This document shows positions 30,523-32,927 of a stretch of DNA of 32,927 nt, piece after piece; positions within the stretch are counted from its first letter, which is position 1, and the number at the start of each line of letters is the position of its first letter. The stretch spans positions 1-32,927 of the forward strand of contig JAZRMS010000049.1 in the NCBI GenBank assembly GCA_045647825.1, written 5' to 3'. The notes under the pieces are model-generated. The model worked only from the letters and a program-made list of their open reading frames with translations, was not told the origin of the DNA and ran no database searches. Source of the stretch: Christensenellaceae bacterium. Lineage in GTDB: Bacteria > Bacillota > Clostridia > Christensenellales > Borkfalkiaceae. Made by a program: the position numbers and the translations under genes.

Positions 30523-32927
30523 TTAGAATTTTTTATAAATATCGCTAAGCATTTGGAAAGCGATACATTGTCCTTGTGACGGTTTGTTTTGACCTAAAAC
30601 AAGTTCTCCGCCTTCGTATATGATTTGGTTATTTGCGTTACCGTCTTCGTCTGCTACAGTGATTTCGGTTGTGGTTGGTTCGGTTATTATTGCCCAAGCT
30701 TTGTGTTCAATTCCTCTATAATCATATAACTTAAGGTAAGCATCATATAAAGGCAAATTGTCAATAGGTATCATTGTTTTATAAGGCTCTTCACCGAGCG
30801 GTATAGGCAACATATGCCCACTCGCAAAGTTTTTATTTTCAAGCAAAGATATTTCTTTGTCTAGCAAAACAAACATAAGCTTTGACGGGCTATAATTTAC
30901 AAGTCTACAGTTAGAACCTAAAGCTGAACCTATAATAACGCTACCGTCACTAACGAATTGTAACTCGTAAGATATTGCAGGCACTTCTCTATTGTCTTTT
31001 TGGTAACAAAGAGCAGTAATAGAGTTGTTATTAGTAGCATTGCCTGCCACAAATAAAGGGTTTGGCATTTCTGCACTAGACAACGGCAATGTTTTTGAAT
31101 TGCCTACACTTCCGCTATCTGCAAGTGTCATATAGAGAGAATAAAACCTGCCGTAATTGTCGGTATAAGCAATATAATCGCTATAGAAAGATTCACCGTC
31201 TTGCTTTATATATTGCCCTACAGAGTAGTTGTCTTCAATATCAAAACTAAACACAATAGAGTTCCCGTAAGCAGTAGAAGTAACAGGCAATATGATAAAG
31301 TTGTCAATAGCAACTTCTAGACCGTTTTTTGAGAATGGTTTAATCGTTGCGGCAGAGATAGGTTGCCTAGCCTCGCCTAAGTTTAGCAATTCTTTCATTA
31401 TAAAAGGCTGAACTGTTGAATTGAGTAAAACGTCTGCATCGTTAGCTATATGCGAAACCTTGTTTACGTCTTCCTCATAAATTTTTACGTAGTCGGTTAT
31501 AACGCTTTCTCTTTCTGTGGCTTGCTTTTCGCTAATTTCCCACATACGTTTTTCGCTGTTTAGTCCTACGTATTCAGATTGCCTGTTAAAGTGTTTGGTT
31601 AAAGCCAAAGTGCATTTAAAACAAGTTGGCAAAACTTCTGTAGTAACGGCACTTATATAATAAGTGTCATCATACTTTAAGCCTACTTTAGGTATTTCTG
31701 TCAAATAGCTAAATAAGTAGGTAACCGACTTTTCAACATTGCCTAACCTTGTTATAAGTCCTTTCAAGTGTTCTCCGTAAAACCTTGTTTCTACGGCGTT
31801 TGCGCCTTGATTGTAAGCCATTGTTCTAGGTAACCCCGTTTTAATTATAGGCTTTGTAGTTCTTATTCTTTCTTTATTGTAAGGCACGTATCTAACTTGG
31901 AATTTTAAATTAGCAACTTCTGCAACGGTTGTCATATTCATTTTTTTTCCGCCTAGAACAGCCGTTAAAATGTTATTTATCGCCCAATTTGAAAAATAAT
32001 CGTTAATTGCATTAGGGTTAGTAAAGAATAGCCCCCTTATGTTCTTTTCTCCTGGCACGTAATATAGAGCGTATGCTTTGTTATATGGATATGAGCCACC
32101 ATAAGAAGAAAGGTTGTTATATTCTGCTAAAGAATAAACATAAGGCGTTATATCGTATTCTCTGCCGTCATAAAGCCAAAACAATTGTTCTTTAATACCC
32201 ATTTCGTAAATAGGTTTTGCCGTTTCAATTACTATATTATTGCTGTTATCGTTTATTTCAAGCCTTATTGTTGCTCGTGTAGTTCTTACGCCCTTAAATT
32301 GCCCGTTAAAAGGCTCAACTGTTACGCCTTGTGCATAATTTAAAGCGTTAATCAAATTGTCTACAGAGCTATCTAACGACGTGCAATAATCGTTAATATT
32401 TATGCTTTGCTCTTGTGTTATATAAGCTGTGTTTTTGTTTGCTAAATAAGTTTTTTCGGTTTGACCGTATTCGTCAAAAACAATTTCGTAATACTGCTTT
32501 TTGGTTGTTGTTACAGCAGGCTCGGTTGAATTGTCGTAAAAGTCTTGTTTTATAAGTCCGCTTATTCTAGGCTCGCCGTGAATAAAACCGCCAACTTGCT
32601 GTAACATTTCTCTTAAGGTCATTTTTGACAAAACAAACTCAGGGGCTAAAACTTTATCGAGTTTTTCAGCAAGAGAATTGCTAGCATACTCTCTTCTAAT
32701 TATTCCGTCGATATCTTTATAATACCACACCCCTTGCAGTTTAAATCTTGGCAAACTTGCACCGATATTAAAACCCCTTAAAGGTTCTATTGTTTCTAAA
32801 ATTCGACAAATTACGTCAGTTATCGTCCATTTTTTTACAGGAAGTTTGCTTCTCACAACATTAAAAGTATAAGAAAGCTTTAAATTTTCTCTGCTCTGCT
32901 CTGAAGTAAAGGGGGCTGTATAAGTCC
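30523..32927 (-). CDS. C-terminal part of the junction-spanning large tail/virion protein (same gene as 1..931)
   Basis: The frame stays open from the stop at 30523 to the window edge. GTG 32856 in the track is an artefactual start. The protein is beta-rich (Y/N/T/G) with no long helical tape-measure-like region. Confidence 0.8.
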   Translation of the reverse strand, partial: TYTAPFTSEQSRENLKLSYTFNVVRSKLPVKKWTITDVICRILETIEPLRGFNIGASLPRFKLQGVWYYKDIDGIIRREYASNSLAEKLDKVLAPEFVLSKMTLREMLQQVGGFIHGEPRISGLIKQDFYDNSTEPAVTTTKKQYYEIVFDEYGQTEKTYLANKNTAYITQEQSININDYCTSLDSSVDNLINALNYAQGVTVEPFNGQFKGVRTTRATIRLEINDNSNNIVIETAKPIYEMGIKEQLFWLYDGREYDITPYVYSLAEYNNLSSYGGSYPYNKAYALYYVPGEKNIRGLFFTNPNAINDYFSNWAINNILTAVLGGKKMNMTTVAEVANLKFQVRYVPYNKERIRTTKPIIKTGLPRTMAYNQGANAVETRFYGEHLKGLITRLGNVEKSVTYLFSYLTEIPKVGLKYDDTYYISAVTTEVLPTCFKCTLALTKHFNRQSEYVGLNSEKRMWEISEKQATERESVITDYVKIYEEDVNKVSHIANDADVLLNSTVQPFIMKELLNLGEARQPISAATIKPFSKNGLEVAIDNFIILPVTSTAYGNSIVFSFDIEDNYSVGQYIKQDGESFYSDYIAYTDNYGRFYSLYMTLADSGSVGNSKTLPLSSAEMPNPLFVAGNATNNNSITALCYQKDNREVPAISYELQFVSDGSVIIGSALGSNCRLVNYSPSKLMFVLLDKEISLLENKNFASGHMLPIPLGEEPYKTMIPIDNLPLYDAYLKLYDYRGIEHKAWAIITEPTTTEITVADEDGNANNQIIYEGGELVLGQNKPSQGQCIAFQMLSDIYKKF
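32787..32927. repeat. Terminal direct repeat copy 2 (identical to 1..141)
   Basis: Exact 141-nt identity with the window start. Confidence 0.95.

Larger units (their letters stand above)
1..32927 (-). mobile_element. Complete temperate phage genome (unique length 32,786 bp) assembled as a circle
   Basis: Contiguous packaging, head, tail, replication and lysogeny modules. The ends have an identical 141-nt overlap. No host-like flanking genes are present, and a candidate attP sits intact next to the integrase. Confidence 0.9.

Noticed and set aside
32856-32856. GTG 32856 as the start of the 777-aa track ORF
   Set aside because: The frame is open upstream to the window edge and continues at 142..931 after circularisation. 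The GTG is an internal valine codon.

Overview
The window is one complete, circularly closed temperate phage genome, low-GC and Firmicutes-like. The first 141 nt are identical to the last 141 nt, and a minus-strand ORF reads straight through that junction, so the unique length is 32,786 bp. This is not an integrated prophage with host flanks. Nearly everything is on the minus strand in three blocks. (1) An early/replication operon runs about 23337 -> 12523. It holds small early ORFs, a Cro-like HTH, a replisome-organizer-like protein, a DnaC-like loader, an ERF recombinase, a C5 cytosine methyltransferase, SSB, a DUF1064 nuclease and an ArpU/RinA-like late regulator. (2) A two-gene cassette bounded by a promoter and terminators lies at 10903..12513 (HExxH protein plus an 82-aa acidic protein). 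(3) A late operon runs 10872 -> 1, wraps through the junction, and continues 32786 -> 26162. It holds TerS, TerL, portal, a MuF-like protein, scaffold, major capsid, head-tail adaptors, an unusual tail module, a YadA/Hep_Hag-like repeat fibre, and three membrane proteins in the lysis position. The plus strand carries only the lysogeny module: a CI-like XRE repressor, a second HTH protein and a large serine recombinase, followed by a 50-bp candidate attP and a bidirectional terminator. I saw no tRNA, rRNA, CRISPR array, reverse transcriptase or transposase. The most unusual points are listed here. No endolysin and no tape-measure protein are recognisable by eye. The lysis slot holds a three-gene membrane-protein cassette. 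There is a moron-like metalloprotease cassette. The immunity switch has three ACAA-N7-TTGT operators plus an antisense micro-ORF that overlaps the repressor 3' end. All functional calls come from reading motifs, not from database searches.
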